From assembly GCA_016935485.1 (NCBI GenBank), contig JAFGQW010000216.1, positions 14,649-78,648 on the forward strand: DNA of 64,000 nucleotides, written 5' to 3'. The position numbers and the translations under genes are program-made. Source of the stretch: Planctomycetota bacterium. Lineage in GTDB: Bacteria > Planctomycetota > JAFGQW01. Positions 50,398 to 60,156 of this stretch are shown here, in pieces (position 1 is the stretch's first letter; each line of letters starts with the position of its first letter). The notes beneath the pieces were generated by a model that saw only the letters and a program-made list of their open reading frames with translations, ran no database searches and was not told the origin of the DNA.

Positions 50398-50686
50398 GTT
50401 CGACTGCGCCGCGACGCAGGCAGCCAGCACGCACTCCCCGCGGCGCGCCGGCACCCGTCGGCGTTGCGGCCGGCCGCACTCCCCGCGGCGGCGGCGCGAG
50501 TGGGAGATTGCCCGAGGCGGCGGACGGACCCGCCGCCCCTCGTGCCGGGCCCGGCCCCGAGGGGGCGCAGGCTGAACTTTCGCACATCCGTGCGCTGTTC
50601 GCCAGCCATTCGCCGGATTTGCGGCCTGCCGCGCGGCGCCTTGCGCCTGAAGCAGACGGCGGCCGGCGCGTAGCCGGATGCCACGT

Positions 50687-50797
50687 CAGCCCCTGATCTC
50701 GTGGCAAAAGAGCGGCGTCGCGGCGAGCGTCGCCGGGAAGCTCCCCAGCAGCACCACGCCGGCCGCCGTCTGCTTCAGGAACTCACGACGGTCCATG
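50687..50797 (-). other. orphan twin-arginine (Tat) signal-peptide mini-ORF (36 aa), probable gene remnant
   Basis: Reverse complement reads ATG GAC CGT CGT GAG TTC CTG AAG... = MDRREFLKQTAAGVVLLGSFPATLAATPLFCHEIRG-stop. Perfect S/T-RRxFLK Tat motif plus h-region, then termination. Coordinates are +/-2 nt. Confidence 0.3.
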
Positions 50798-51154
50798 ATC
50801 CCCTCCGGCCACGGGCTCGCCGGTCTTCTGCGCCACGATCATGATCTCGATCTCGTCCAGATCGAGCGGCCTGCGTCCCCAGTTCCCGGCAGTGCCGCCC
50901 CACATGTCGCGCACGGACAGGCCCGCTAGGCGACAGAGCAGGACGAGCTCCGTCGCGACGAAGCCGCGCCTCGTGAGCTCGATCGCGTGCCGACCGGTGC
51001 CGCACCCGACGTCCAGGATCGAGGCGCCCGGACGAAGCTCGAGCTCCTCCAGCAGGAAGTCCACCTCCTTCACGGTGTTCTTCGTGAAGACGTTCTCGTT
51101 GTAGATCGGCGCGTGGGCGTCGAAGAACCGCTCCCACGTCGATTTCTCGGTCAT
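50783..51154 (-). CDS. short class I SAM-dependent methyltransferase-like protein (123 aa; possibly truncated)
   Basis: Start at Met 110 of the track ORF. Motif I ILDVGCGTGRHAIELTRRGF is clear. The sequence after motif I does not follow the usual motif II/III pattern and the protein ends after ~60 more residues. Confidence 0.5.
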   Translation of the reverse strand: MTEKSTWERFFDAHAPIYNENVFTKNTVKEVDFLLEELELRPGASILDVGCGTGRHAIELTRRGFVATELVLLCRLAGLSVRDMWGGTAGNWGRRPLDLDEIEIMIVAQKTGEPVAGGDHGPS

Positions 51155-51370
51155 TCGTCTATCTCCGGGTCCGCCGGCCGCACGCTGGCGGGCGCTGGTG
51201 AAGATCCTGCGTGCGGCAACCCATCTCGTCAACCCGCGGCCCGCGGCGTCCGCGACGCTCCGGAGGCGGCAGGCCTTCCCGGCCGGCGTCCTCGCGGCAA
51301 CAGCGTTCCTGACGCAAGGAAGTCCTGCGGCATCTTGACGGTCCGCGCGCCACGTCTTACAGCGTCCTAC

Positions 51371-51589
51371 ATGAGCACCTCGATCACGATACGCCTCGAC
51401 CCGAGCCTGAGCCAGCTCCTGGACCGCCTCGTGGAACAGACCGGGCGAACCCGCGGTGAGATCGTCCGGGAGGCCCTGCAACGGCAGCTCGGCCTGCTCC
51501 GATTCGAACAGCTGCGCCGGACCGTGCTTCCGTTCGCGGAAGCCCGGGCGTACCTGACCGACGAGGACGTGGCCCGGGAAGTCTCGTGA
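51371..51589 (+). CDS. ribbon-helix-helix (CopG/VapB-like) antitoxin
   Basis: 72 aa: MSTSITIRLDPSLSQLLDRLVEQTGRTRGEIVREALQRQL. Beta-strand followed by a helix-turn-helix typical of RHH. Stop overlaps the downstream GTG start. Confidence 0.7.
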   Translation: MSTSITIRLDPSLSQLLDRLVEQTGRTRGEIVREALQRQLGLLRFEQLRRTVLPFAEARAYLTDEDVAREVS

Positions 51590-51999
51590 GGGTCTTTCTG
51601 GACACCAACGTGCTCGTCCGCGCCTTCGCCACCCGGGGACTGTGCGCGGACGTCATGCGACATGTGCTGCCCGAGCATGAGCTGGTCGTCGGGGAGGTTG
51701 TGCTGCGCGAGCTTCGCCGCGTGCTGCGGACGAAGATCAAGGTGCCGGCAGCCGTGGTGACCGCGATCGAGGGTGTGCTCCGCGAGCACGAGGTGGTCCC
51801 CAAGCCTCGCTCGACGCCGCCTCTGGCGCTGCGGGACGCATCCGACCGCTGGGTCCTGGCGAGCGCGATCGCCGGGCGAGCCGACGTGCTGGTCACCGGC
51901 GATCGCGACCTGCTGGAGATCGCCGCGCAGTCACCGGTACCCATCGTGGATCCTCGCGGTTTCTGGACGCTCCAGCGCCAGAGCTCTCCGGGTCGGTAG
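51586..51999 (+). CDS. PIN-domain toxin (VapC-like)
   Basis: GTG start. VFLDTNVLVRA (first acidic Asp), later acidic residues in ...WVLASAIAGRADVLVTGDRDLL. 137 aa. Confidence 0.8.
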   Translation: MRVFLDTNVLVRAFATRGLCADVMRHVLPEHELVVGEVVLRELRRVLRTKIKVPAAVVTAIEGVLREHEVVPKPRSTPPLALRDASDRWVLASAIAGRADVLVTGDRDLLEIAAQSPVPIVDPRGFWTLQRQSSPGR

Positions 52000-52199
52000 C
52001 CGATCCTGTCTGTGCCGCCCGCAGATTGCGCCCATCCACCGCGGCGCGGCGCATGACAACGGACCCTGCCGCCGGCCAACCGGCGGATTCTCCCGCTGCC
52101 GCCGCGCGTTCGCCGAGGCTTCGGCGGGCAAGCCCGGACCCTACTGGACCAGAGAGCGCTCGATCCCTTCCGTGAAGGCGCGCTCGGAGATCTCGGGGC

Positions 52200-53387
52200 T
52201 CACGGCAGCTCCGTTCCCCGCGCGCGCGAGGAGACCTGGGCCGTCAGGGGAGGTGCCTCCTCCAGCACTTCCAGCAGGCGGCGGGCGCAGTAGACCCGGT
52301 TACGCCGCGCCTCGTTCGTCCGCTCCACGATTCCCGCCGACTCGAGTTGATCGAGCGCCCTCTGGGCGCTGGTGTACGCCACACCGAGCCGTTCGGCCAG
52401 CCCCGTGACGCTCCGGAATGGGTTCTCCACGAACAGATCGAGCGCCCGTTCCGGAAGCCTCGAGCGGACTCCCGCGAGGAGCTTTCGCCAGCCCGCGCAC
52501 AGCTCATCGATCCGGCGGATCCGTGCCAGAGCGTCGTCGGCCTGCGCGGCCGTGCCGGCCAGGAAGTAGGCCAGCCACTCTTCCCATTCGTCCCGTTCGG
52601 TGACGCCGAACAGGCGCGCATAGTACTCGGGCCGGGTCGCCTCGAACCAGGCGCTCAGGTAGAGCAGCGGGGAGGGAAGCACACGCCGGGCCGTGAGCAA
52701 CAGCGTGACCAGGAGTCGTCCCACCCGCCCGTTGCCGTCGAGGAACGGATGGATTGCCTCGAACTGCGCGTGGAGGAGCGCCGCGTGGACCAGTGGCGGC
52801 AGCGAATCGTCGTGGAGGTAGCCTTCCCACGCCCCGAGGCATTCCATGAGCTTCTCGGGCGGAGGCGGTACATAGGACGCTTTGGAGAGCGCGCAGCCGG
52901 GTGGCCCGATCCAGTTCTGGCTCGTGCGAAACTCTCCCGGCGTAGCGGCATCGCCGCGTACGCCCCGCATCAGCTTCTCGTGAAGCTCGCGGACGAGGCG
53001 TAGGCAAACGGGCAGGTTTCCGAGCCGCTCGACGCCGTACTCGAGGGCCACGACGTAGTTGGCGACCTCGCGCAGGTCCGCAGGGCTTCGTTCCACGGCC
53101 GTGCCGGCCTCCGCCGCCAGCAGCTCGCCCAGAGTCGCCTGGGTCCCCTCGATGCGGCTCGACAGCACCGCCTCCCTCCGGACGAACGGCCGAAGGAGGA
53201 GGTGCGGGTTCGGCAGTCGCCCGCCTTCGCCCGCCAGCCGCCCGATCGCCCGGTCTGCGCCCGACAGCGCACCGACCAGCTCGGGACCCCAGTCGAGCGG
53301 CGGCGGCAAGGGGTTCGGCACGAACGCCTCGTATCCGCCGGGACAGGCGAACTTGCGGCCATGGGGCTGGCGCAGCGGGTCCCGCAT
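52200..53387 (-). CDS. Fic family protein (AMPylation/Fido domain)
   Basis: Start at Met 12 with GGAGGGA RBS. Canonical Fic motif HPFLDGNGRVGR. C-terminal winged-helix-like region. Confidence 0.9.
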   Translation of the reverse strand: MRDPLRQPHGRKFACPGGYEAFVPNPLPPPLDWGPELVGALSGADRAIGRLAGEGGRLPNPHLLLRPFVRREAVLSSRIEGTQATLGELLAAEAGTAVERSPADLREVANYVVALEYGVERLGNLPVCLRLVRELHEKLMRGVRGDAATPGEFRTSQNWIGPPGCALSKASYVPPPPEKLMECLGAWEGYLHDDSLPPLVHAALLHAQFEAIHPFLDGNGRVGRLLVTLLLTARRVLPSPLLYLSAWFEATRPEYYARLFGVTERDEWEEWLAYFLAGTAAQADDALARIRRIDELCAGWRKLLAGVRSRLPERALDLFVENPFRSVTGLAERLGVAYTSAQRALDQLESAGIVERTNEARRNRVYCARRLLEVLEEAPPLTAQVSSRARGTELP

Positions 53388-53661
53388 GGTCGATTCCCTC
53401 CTTATCGCTGAGCGAAACAACGCGCCTCGCTATTATCACTTGGCGCCTTATCGAAAACAAGGGCCGGATCTGGCCGCGCTCCCCGCCGAACCGCCGTGAC
53501 CACCGGCCCGCCCCGGGAGACCGGACACGGATTTCGCCCCGCACCGTCGCGCCGGTCGCCTGGAGCGGCCCGTCATTCGTCCCTGCCCAGATGGCGCCGG
53601 AACGACTACGACGTCGACGCGCCGGAAGATCAGGCGGTCCGGCCGCCACGTGCGGCTCCAT

Positions 53662-56600
53662 TCACAGCTCGTGAACGACCACCCCGGCGGGTGCGGTCAG
53701 CGCCTCGGCACCCGCCCGCACGTGACGATGATGCGTGAACAATACGACCTGCGTGCGCGACGCCACGTCGGCCAAGACGCGGAGCGCCGCGGCACCGCGG
53801 TCGTCGTCGAACTGCACCAGAACGTCGTCGACGATGAAGGGCATCGGCTCGCCCCCGGCGCAGGACGCCTCGACGGCGGCAAGGCGTAGCGCGAAGAAGA
53901 GCTGATCCCGTGTTCCCTCGCTCATTCCGTACGATGGCACGCGGGTCCCCGCCGGTCGCACGCCGACGAGGATGGGACGGTCCTCCTCCACGTCGGCCTC
54001 GAGCCGCTCGAAGCTGCGGAGGGTCATCTCCCGGAAGAGAGCGCCCGCGCGGAGCAGGAGCGGCGCCTGGTTCTTGCGCCGGTAGTCGTCGATCCGGCGC
54101 GCGAGAAGCGTCGAGGCCACGCGCAAGCGAGCGTATCGTACGACGTCGTCGCGCAGCCGGGCGAGCGTCGCCTGCACCTCCTCGGCCGTCTCGCCTGCCG
54201 CGGACCGCCCCCGCAGCTGCCGGAGTTCCGCCTGTGCGCCGGCCCGCGCGTCGCGGGCTGCCGAGAGGTCCTTCTCCACCTCCGCCAGCTCCTCCCCGAT
54301 CTGGCCGAGCCGGACGTCGATCGTGTCCTTGTCCGCGCTCGTGGCCTCGGTCTCGAGATCCGCGATCGAGGCGCCGTCGCCGCCGCGGACGAGCTCCTTC
54401 TCGAGCCGCGCGAGTTCGCTCTGGCAGGCACGACGGTCGGCGTTTCGCTGCTCCGCCACGACGAGATCGCCGTCGACCCCGCAGCGCGCCTCCTCGCGGA
54501 GCGCCGACAGCGTCCGACTCGCGGCCGCGACGGCGTCCTTGTAGCCGGCGACGTCGACCCGGAGGCGCTCGAGCTGCGCGAGGGCTTGGCGTCGCCGTTC
54601 ATCCTCTTTGAGCACCGCGCCGAGACGCTGGTGGAGCCCCTCGACCCAGGCGTCCTCGGACCGGCCCTCGGTCGCTGCCATCTCACCGAGACGCTCGGCG
54701 AGAGTGCGCACGTCGGCCCGGAACGATTCGGCGTCGCGGTCGATGCCCCAGATGCGCGTCTCGTATCCCGCCGCCTCGTCGAGTGCCCGGAGGATCTTCT
54801 CGACGCCGTCGAGGGCGAACAGGGCGTCCTCGGGCAGAGGAACGTCGCCAGCGAAAAGGCCGCGAATCGCCTCGCTCCACTTGCTCTGCCACGCCTGGAC
54901 GCCCGCCTCCGCATCACGCACGGCGGCCTCCGCATCACGAATCGCCTGTTCGGCGTCGCGCGTCTGGCGCGCGTGCTCCACCCGGACACGCTCTTCCTGC
55001 TCGATGCGTTGCCGCAGCTTCTCCGCAGCGGCCAGCATCATAGGAAGGCCGCCAGCAGGTTGCAGGGTCGGCTCCAGCGCCGTGATGGCGACCCGGAGGC
55101 TCGCAATCTGCTTCTCGATCCACGCATCGAGTTGCTGCAGCTCTTGCCGCACCTCCAACGCGACCCCCGAATGCTCCCGGAGACGGCTGAAGTCCTCGCA
55201 CCATGTGCGCGCGTCGTGGATCTGCGGCGGGGTGGCGAGCACGGGCTTCCAGGCGTCGCGCCAGGCGGCTTCCAGTTCCTCGACGGCCTTGCGCCGACGC
55301 TGCGAACCCTGGTCCGCTTCCTCCATTTCCGTGGCGAGGCGCTCGCGCTCCTCCAGGTACTGCGCGAGTTCGGCGACGCGACCGGCTTCGCTTCGGAGGC
55401 GATCCGCGAGTTCGTCCGCCGCCGTCACGGCGCTTGGGTAGAGGTCCATCAGCTTGCCCTTGCCCAGGAGCTCGCGAACCTCGGCCGTCACGTCGCGGCC
55501 CTTCTCCCAGTGGTCGCGCAGCAGACCGAACGCGTCGTCGCGGCGCGTCCTGGCTGCGGCGAGATCTTCCGCGGTCGGGACGGCCTTCTTGGAGCGCAGG
55601 GTCTCGATTCTCGCCTCCAGTTCGCGCGTCCTTTTCGTGAGCCGCTGGTGCTCGGTCCTGGCCGTGCGGCTCTCGGCATCGAGTTCCTGGGCCGTGCGCT
55701 CGAAGCGCGCGATCGCGGCGCCGGTTGGCACGCAAAGCGCGTCCAGCTTGTCGATGGCCGACGCGGGGAGTTGCAGCTTCTCGATCGCGGCGGCGCGTTG
55801 CGCTGCGTTCCGCTGCGCGGCTTGAGCGAGCTTCTCACGCTCCGCTTCGGCATCGCCGCGGCGGCGCGCCTCCTCGATGGTACTGACGAGGCTCTCCGGG
55901 TCGCACTCGGGCGGAAGTGAGGCGGCCGCACGCGCGAGCGCGCTGGCTTGTTCCTGCGTGTCCTTGCGCCGGCGACGTGCCGACTCCAGCCGTTCGTCCA
56001 GCCGCTCGCGCTCGGCGGCGAGCTTCTGGATACGCGGGCGCCGGCCGACGAATACGCGGAGCGACTCGGCGGTTCCGATGTCGAGGTCCGGGCGCAGTTC
56101 GTGGAGAAGGCGTTGCGCCAACGCGCGTTGCTCGCTGTGCTGGCCGACGAGCCGGGGGCGATCGCTGAGCGCCTTGCGGTGGCTCCCGAGGTTCTTGTGG
56201 AGGTCGCTGACGGCCTGGGTCTCGGCCGCCAGCGGCGGCGTCGCCCCGAGGTTCGCGACCATCGCTTCCTGTTCTCGGAGTTCCTCCGCCGCCGGCTCGA
56301 GCTTCTGCTGTGCCGTGCGGAGCGCGGTCTCCGCATCCTGTCGCCGCTGCGGGAAGTCTGGGGCGAGCAGCACCACGTCGCCGAGATCGGCGAGACGACG
56401 ACGCATCTCTTCGCGTTCGGCCAGCAGCGGCAGGACGCGCTTGAGCCGCTCGAGGCGAGCCCTCTGTCCGGAGAGGCCCTGCTCGTGCTGTGTGAGCCGT
56501 GCGACCTGCTCGTCGGCATCGCGCGCCGCACGATCCTGGCTCACCCACGCGTCGGCCGACACGGTCGCGTCGCGCTGGGCGCTGCGGAGATCACGGAGGT

Positions 56601-57162
56601 GGCTGATCGCCTGGTTGACGGCGCGGTTGTGGCCGCGCGGCGCGAACAGCGCGGCGGCCTCGTCGTCGAGCTTCCTGCGAAGCGCCCCGAGGCGAGACAC
56701 CCCCGAGCCGGCGGCGAACAGGGTCGCGCCCAGATCTCCGTGCCCCTCGAGGATCTCGCGGCCACCCTCCAAGAGGCGTGCATGGTCGATGCCCCAGAAC
56801 ATCCGAAACTGTTCCGGCCCCACGCCGCCGAGGAACCGGTCCAGCGCGTGGTCGTCGAGCCGGGTGTCGCCCGGCCCGAGCAACGAACCCTTGAGCGCCT
56901 TGCGGCGGCAGAACTCGATCTCGTCTCCCGACGACAGGCGCAGCCGCGCCCCGACCCGGAGTTCTGCGTAGGGATGCAGGAAGGCGTCGCTCGTCTGCCC
57001 CGGGATGCCGTAGAGAACCGCGTGGAGCGCGCGGAGCGCCGAACTCTTGCCCGCCTCGTTGGGCCCGAAGATCACGTGCAGACCGTGGCGACCGCCGCGG
57101 AGGTCCAGCACGCGGTTCGTGAATGGACCGAACGCGGCGAGCCGTAGCTCGAGGATCTTCAT
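53662..57162 (-). CDS. SbcC/Rad50-like AAA ATPase with ~900-aa coiled coil
   Basis: N-terminal Walker A FGPNEAGKSS. Very long Ala/Arg/Glu-rich coiled coil. C-terminal signature/D-loop region MSEGTRDQLFFALRLA...PFIVDDVLVQFDD...VVLFTHH. Confidence 0.85.
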   Translation of the reverse strand: MKILELRLAAFGPFTNRVLDLRGGRHGLHVIFGPNEAGKSSALRALHAVLYGIPGQTSDAFLHPYAELRVGARLRLSSGDEIEFCRRKALKGSLLGPGDTRLDDHALDRFLGGVGPEQFRMFWGIDHARLLEGGREILEGHGDLGATLFAAGSGVSRLGALRRKLDDEAAALFAPRGHNRAVNQAISHLRDLRSAQRDATVSADAWVSQDRAARDADEQVARLTQHEQGLSGQRARLERLKRVLPLLAEREEMRRRLADLGDVVLLAPDFPQRRQDAETALRTAQQKLEPAAEELREQEAMVANLGATPPLAAETQAVSDLHKNLGSHRKALSDRPRLVGQHSEQRALAQRLLHELRPDLDIGTAESLRVFVGRRPRIQKLAAERERLDERLESARRRRKDTQEQASALARAAASLPPECDPESLVSTIEEARRRGDAEAEREKLAQAAQRNAAQRAAAIEKLQLPASAIDKLDALCVPTGAAIARFERTAQELDAESRTARTEHQRLTKRTRELEARIETLRSKKAVPTAEDLAAARTRRDDAFGLLRDHWEKGRDVTAEVRELLGKGKLMDLYPSAVTAADELADRLRSEAGRVAELAQYLEERERLATEMEEADQGSQRRRKAVEELEAAWRDAWKPVLATPPQIHDARTWCEDFSRLREHSGVALEVRQELQQLDAWIEKQIASLRVAITALEPTLQPAGGLPMMLAAAEKLRQRIEQEERVRVEHARQTRDAEQAIRDAEAAVRDAEAGVQAWQSKWSEAIRGLFAGDVPLPEDALFALDGVEKILRALDEAAGYETRIWGIDRDAESFRADVRTLAERLGEMAATEGRSEDAWVEGLHQRLGAVLKEDERRRQALAQLERLRVDVAGYKDAVAAASRTLSALREEARCGVDGDLVVAEQRNADRRACQSELARLEKELVRGGDGASIADLETEATSADKDTIDVRLGQIGEELAEVEKDLSAARDARAGAQAELRQLRGRSAAGETAEEVQATLARLRDDVVRYARLRVASTLLARRIDDYRRKNQAPLLLRAGALFREMTLRSFERLEADVEEDRPILVGVRPAGTRVPSYGMSEGTRDQLFFALRLAAVEASCAGGEPMPFIVDDVLVQFDDDRGAAALRVLADVASRTQVVLFTHHRHVRAGAEALTAPAGVVVHEL

Positions 57163-58424
57163 CGCGTCGCTCCCTCGCGGGCGATCCGCGCAAGCAGCAG
57201 TTCTCGGGCTTCGCAGACGAGCCGCGCCAGGATCTCCGGCGCGTGGGGATCGACCGCGTCCTCTCCGGCAAGCAACTCCGACGGCAACTTGCCACGAATG
57301 TCAGCGAGTGCGTCTCGCAGCGCCGCGGTCTCCTCCGGGCTGTCCGCGGCGGCCGCGAACTCCTGCAGAAAGCTCCCGAGCGCGTCGTCACGTGCGGCCA
57401 GCGCCGCCAGGTCGATCGGCCGATCGGTCGCAAAGCGCACCTTTTCGACCCAGACATCCGCGGAAGACACGCCGGCTGCCAGAGCGCGAATCTCCTGGAC
57501 CCAGTGGTCCGGGTTGGCGGCGATCTCGTCGTGGCAGGCGGCGGGTCCGGTCACCTCGACGCGCACGGCCACGGCGCGGCCGTCCGTGCGATCTGCGGCG
57601 GCCGTGAGCGACCGCGCGACGCGGTCGAGCACATCGTCCGTCGTCGTCGTCCCGTCCAGATCCACGCGGCAGACGGCCCAGCGCAGGACGTCGACGTGGC
57701 GTTCTTCGACTCCGGCGACGGCGCCGTTCTCGACGGTGACCAGCGTGCATCCCTTCGGACCGACCTCTCGCGCGTGCCGGCCCTGAACGTTGCCAGGGAA
57801 CACCATCCACGGGTCTCTCGACACGACCTCGCGCTGGTGGACGTGGCCGAGCGCCCAGTACTGGTAGCCCTTCTGCGCGAGGATCTGCGCCGACGTCGGT
57901 GCGTAGGCCGCGTGTCCCTCCCGTCCATCGAGGCTCGTGTGAAGCAGGCCGATGTGGAAGAGGCCTGGATCCGCGCCGGGATAGGCGGCGGCGAGATCCT
58001 CGGTCACGGCCCTCGACGCAAAGCCCTGCCCGTGGATCGCGACGCCGAACGCCTCGAGCAGACGGGTCTCGGGCTTCTTCGTCGAGAAGAAGCGCACGTT
58101 CTCGGGCGAGCGCAGGTTCTTCGTGAGCTGGCTGGCGGCGTCGTGATTTCCCGCGACGACGAAGACGCGGATGCTCGCCTCGCGGAGCTTCGCCATCTGC
58201 TCCACGAAGAACAGGCCCGTGCGGTAATCCTTCCAGTCGCCGTCGTACAGGTCGCCCGCGAGGAGCACGAACGCGACCTCCTCGTCGATCGCGAGGCCAA
58301 CGAGGCGCTCCAGGGCGCGTCGCGTCGCGCCGCGGACCGCGTCGACGGGCGCCGACTCGTAGCGATCCAGCCCGATCAGCGGGCTGTCCAGGTGGACGTC
58401 GGCAGCGTGAAGGAAGCGAAACAT
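57159..58424 (-). CDS. SbcD/Mre11-like metallophosphoesterase nuclease
   Basis: Calcineurin-like phosphoesterase motifs FLHAADVHLD, LLAGDLYD, VVAGNHD, GHVH. Stop overlaps the sbcC-like start (ATGA). Confidence 0.9.
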   Translation of the reverse strand: MFRFLHAADVHLDSPLIGLDRYESAPVDAVRGATRRALERLVGLAIDEEVAFVLLAGDLYDGDWKDYRTGLFFVEQMAKLREASIRVFVVAGNHDAASQLTKNLRSPENVRFFSTKKPETRLLEAFGVAIHGQGFASRAVTEDLAAAYPGADPGLFHIGLLHTSLDGREGHAAYAPTSAQILAQKGYQYWALGHVHQREVVSRDPWMVFPGNVQGRHAREVGPKGCTLVTVENGAVAGVEERHVDVLRWAVCRVDLDGTTTTDDVLDRVARSLTAAADRTDGRAVAVRVEVTGPAACHDEIAANPDHWVQEIRALAAGVSSADVWVEKVRFATDRPIDLAALAARDDALGSFLQEFAAAADSPEETAALRDALADIRGKLPSELLAGEDAVDPHAPEILARLVCEARELLLARIAREGATR

Positions 58425-58630
58425 CTACCTACCCGATCCTCGCCTCATCCCGGTCCGGCCAAGGCGCCGATTCGCCGCGCGGGCGCGTGGCGCGGAGCTT
58501 TGCGTTTTGGAGCAAGGGCCGTGACGTGCGACACCGGCCGCTGCAGCGCGTCGTTGGGCAACGTCCCCGCTCCTGCTTCATGGTTCCACTCCAGTACCCC
58601 ACCGCAACCCGCCACGCAGCGACGGCTGGC

Positions 58631-59050
58631 CTACAGATAGGTCGCGCCGACATCCAAGCCCTCCTCCGGGGTGCCGTGGAAGCTCCCGTTGTGAAAAACG
58701 CACGGCGCATAGCGCTCGTTGCTGTAGGTGAAGAAGGAGAGACTCCAGGCGTCCTCGTTGCCAAAGTAGCGCAGGCGACAGAGATGAATGGGAGCTCCGC
58801 GCAGACGCTCGAGATAGTGCTGGCGAGTCTCGCGCAGCCGGCGAAGCTGCTGCTGAGTGGGTTCTGCCGGCTCGATGAATGCGTCGATGTAGCAGAGCGC
58901 GCCCCTGAACCGAATGTCGAGCCGGGAGTACCTGCCGCGGTAGTGCTTCTGCGCATGCTCTCTGATGCGCCTCTCCGTCCTTTCCCGCACCGCGGGCGGA
59001 ATCGGCCGACCACCGGAATGAGGATCATAGACCCAGGTCCGCCCACGCAT
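58631..59050 (-). CDS. hypothetical protein (139 aa)
   Basis: MRGRTWVYDPHSGGRPIPPAVRERTERRIREHAQKHYRGRYSRLDIRFRGALCYIDAFIEP...HLCRLRYFGNEDAWSLSFFTYSNERYAPCVFHNGSFHG. Non-repetitive, no family recognised. Confidence 0.45.
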   Translation of the reverse strand: MRGRTWVYDPHSGGRPIPPAVRERTERRIREHAQKHYRGRYSRLDIRFRGALCYIDAFIEPAEPTQQQLRRLRETRQHYLERLRGAPIHLCRLRYFGNEDAWSLSFFTYSNERYAPCVFHNGSFHGTPEEGLDVGATYL

Positions 59051-59205
59051 CGCGCATCACTCCTTCTCGTCCGTCCGATGCTCAGCATCAGCGGCGGGGC
59101 GAAGCGCCCTCCGCTGCATGCTGTTGCTAGCTGGCTCTCTCACCAGCGATTGGATTTCCGCGGTTGCTGAGAACCCGAAACGGTCACCTTGTGTCGCTCT
59201 GGCGA

Positions 59206-60156
59206 TCATTGTATGACGAACCGTTGCCGCAACGCGTGACGGTTGCTCGCAGGGTCAAACTCGCGCTGGACATCGTCCCGATCCTCCCTGCCGAGTCGAG
59301 TCCAGCGGGTCACGCTGCTTGGGTCGGCAGTCGTGTCGAAGCCGTTCGGAAGCGAGATGCCGATGAGGTTGGAGATCAGGTGGCGGTCATGGAAATCGTC
59401 CCAGACGAACACTTCCACGCGCAGACCGACGGCACGGACCGATGCTTGCAGGGCGTCGCGGAATCGCCGTTCGAAGTACCCGGCCTCAGCGCGCATCGGG
59501 AAGACACGGCCTGGCCCGGAGCCCTCGTAGCAGACGCGATGGATCTCGATCGCCGCTGCGGGGGTGCGTCGACCCGCAGGCGCGAGGATCTGTGCGAAGT
59601 CCCGATACCCCGGCCTGGCGGGGTCAAGATGCGGGTCGATGAACATCAAGGAGTTCGCGCAGCGCGACACGGGGGCGAGTTGCTCCAGGTACTCCGCCAC
59701 GTTGCGATGGAGGCTCACCGACGGGCTTCGCGCCGCCCACCAGCGCGCGCTTGCCAACCGGTCGATGCGGGCGACCAGCAGCTCGTCCGGGAAGGCCGCC
59801 TTGACCGGCTCCCTGACGATGACGCCGCCTGTGAACGGAATGATGGCGTGCGTGCCGAGCGCCTCCTGGCACCATGCTGAATCGTCGGGCGGAGAGCTGC
59901 CCGCGGTCGGCGGGAAAGGCACGAGTCGGTTCTGCTGGGCCAGCTTCTTGAGAAGCTCCTTGCCCCGGCGGTGCCACGGCCGGCCATCGCTCATGAACAG
60001 CCGGCGCCATTCACCCGCTCGAAGATCCCGAATGAGCCCCTCGTCCAGCATCACCTCCTTGAGATTGCGGAGCTCGGCGTCACAGGCGTCCGGGTGGGAG
60101 TACGAGGTCACATCGAAGACGTCGGGCGTGATCGCGTAGTCGGCGAGGAGCGGCAT
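59206..60156 (-). CDS. hypothetical protein (316 aa), translationally coupled to upstream ABC-ATPase; possible TOPRIM-like/nuclease partner
   Basis: Start at Met 16 with GGGAGG RBS. ATGA overlap with the stop of 60156..61943. Contains candidate acidic motifs RVCYEGSG and VFVWDDFHD ~45 aa apart. No confident family assignment. Confidence 0.55.
   Translation of the reverse strand: MPLLADYAITPDVFDVTSYSHPDACDAELRNLKEVMLDEGLIRDLRAGEWRRLFMSDGRPWHRRGKELLKKLAQQNRLVPFPPTAGSSPPDDSAWCQEALGTHAIIPFTGGVIVREPVKAAFPDELLVARIDRLASARWWAARSPSVSLHRNVAEYLEQLAPVSRCANSLMFIDPHLDPARPGYRDFAQILAPAGRRTPAAAIEIHRVCYEGSGPGRVFPMRAEAGYFERRFRDALQASVRAVGLRVEVFVWDDFHDRHLISNLIGISLPNGFDTTADPSSVTRWTRLGREDRDDVQREFDPASNRHALRQRFVIQ

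Noticed and set aside
53662-58424. Assigning the SbcD/SbcC-like pair to a named defence system (e.g. Lamassu)
   Set aside because: Lamassu uses an SMC-type LmuB without an Mre11-like partner. The pair here has the canonical SbcCD architecture, so only its island context is noted.
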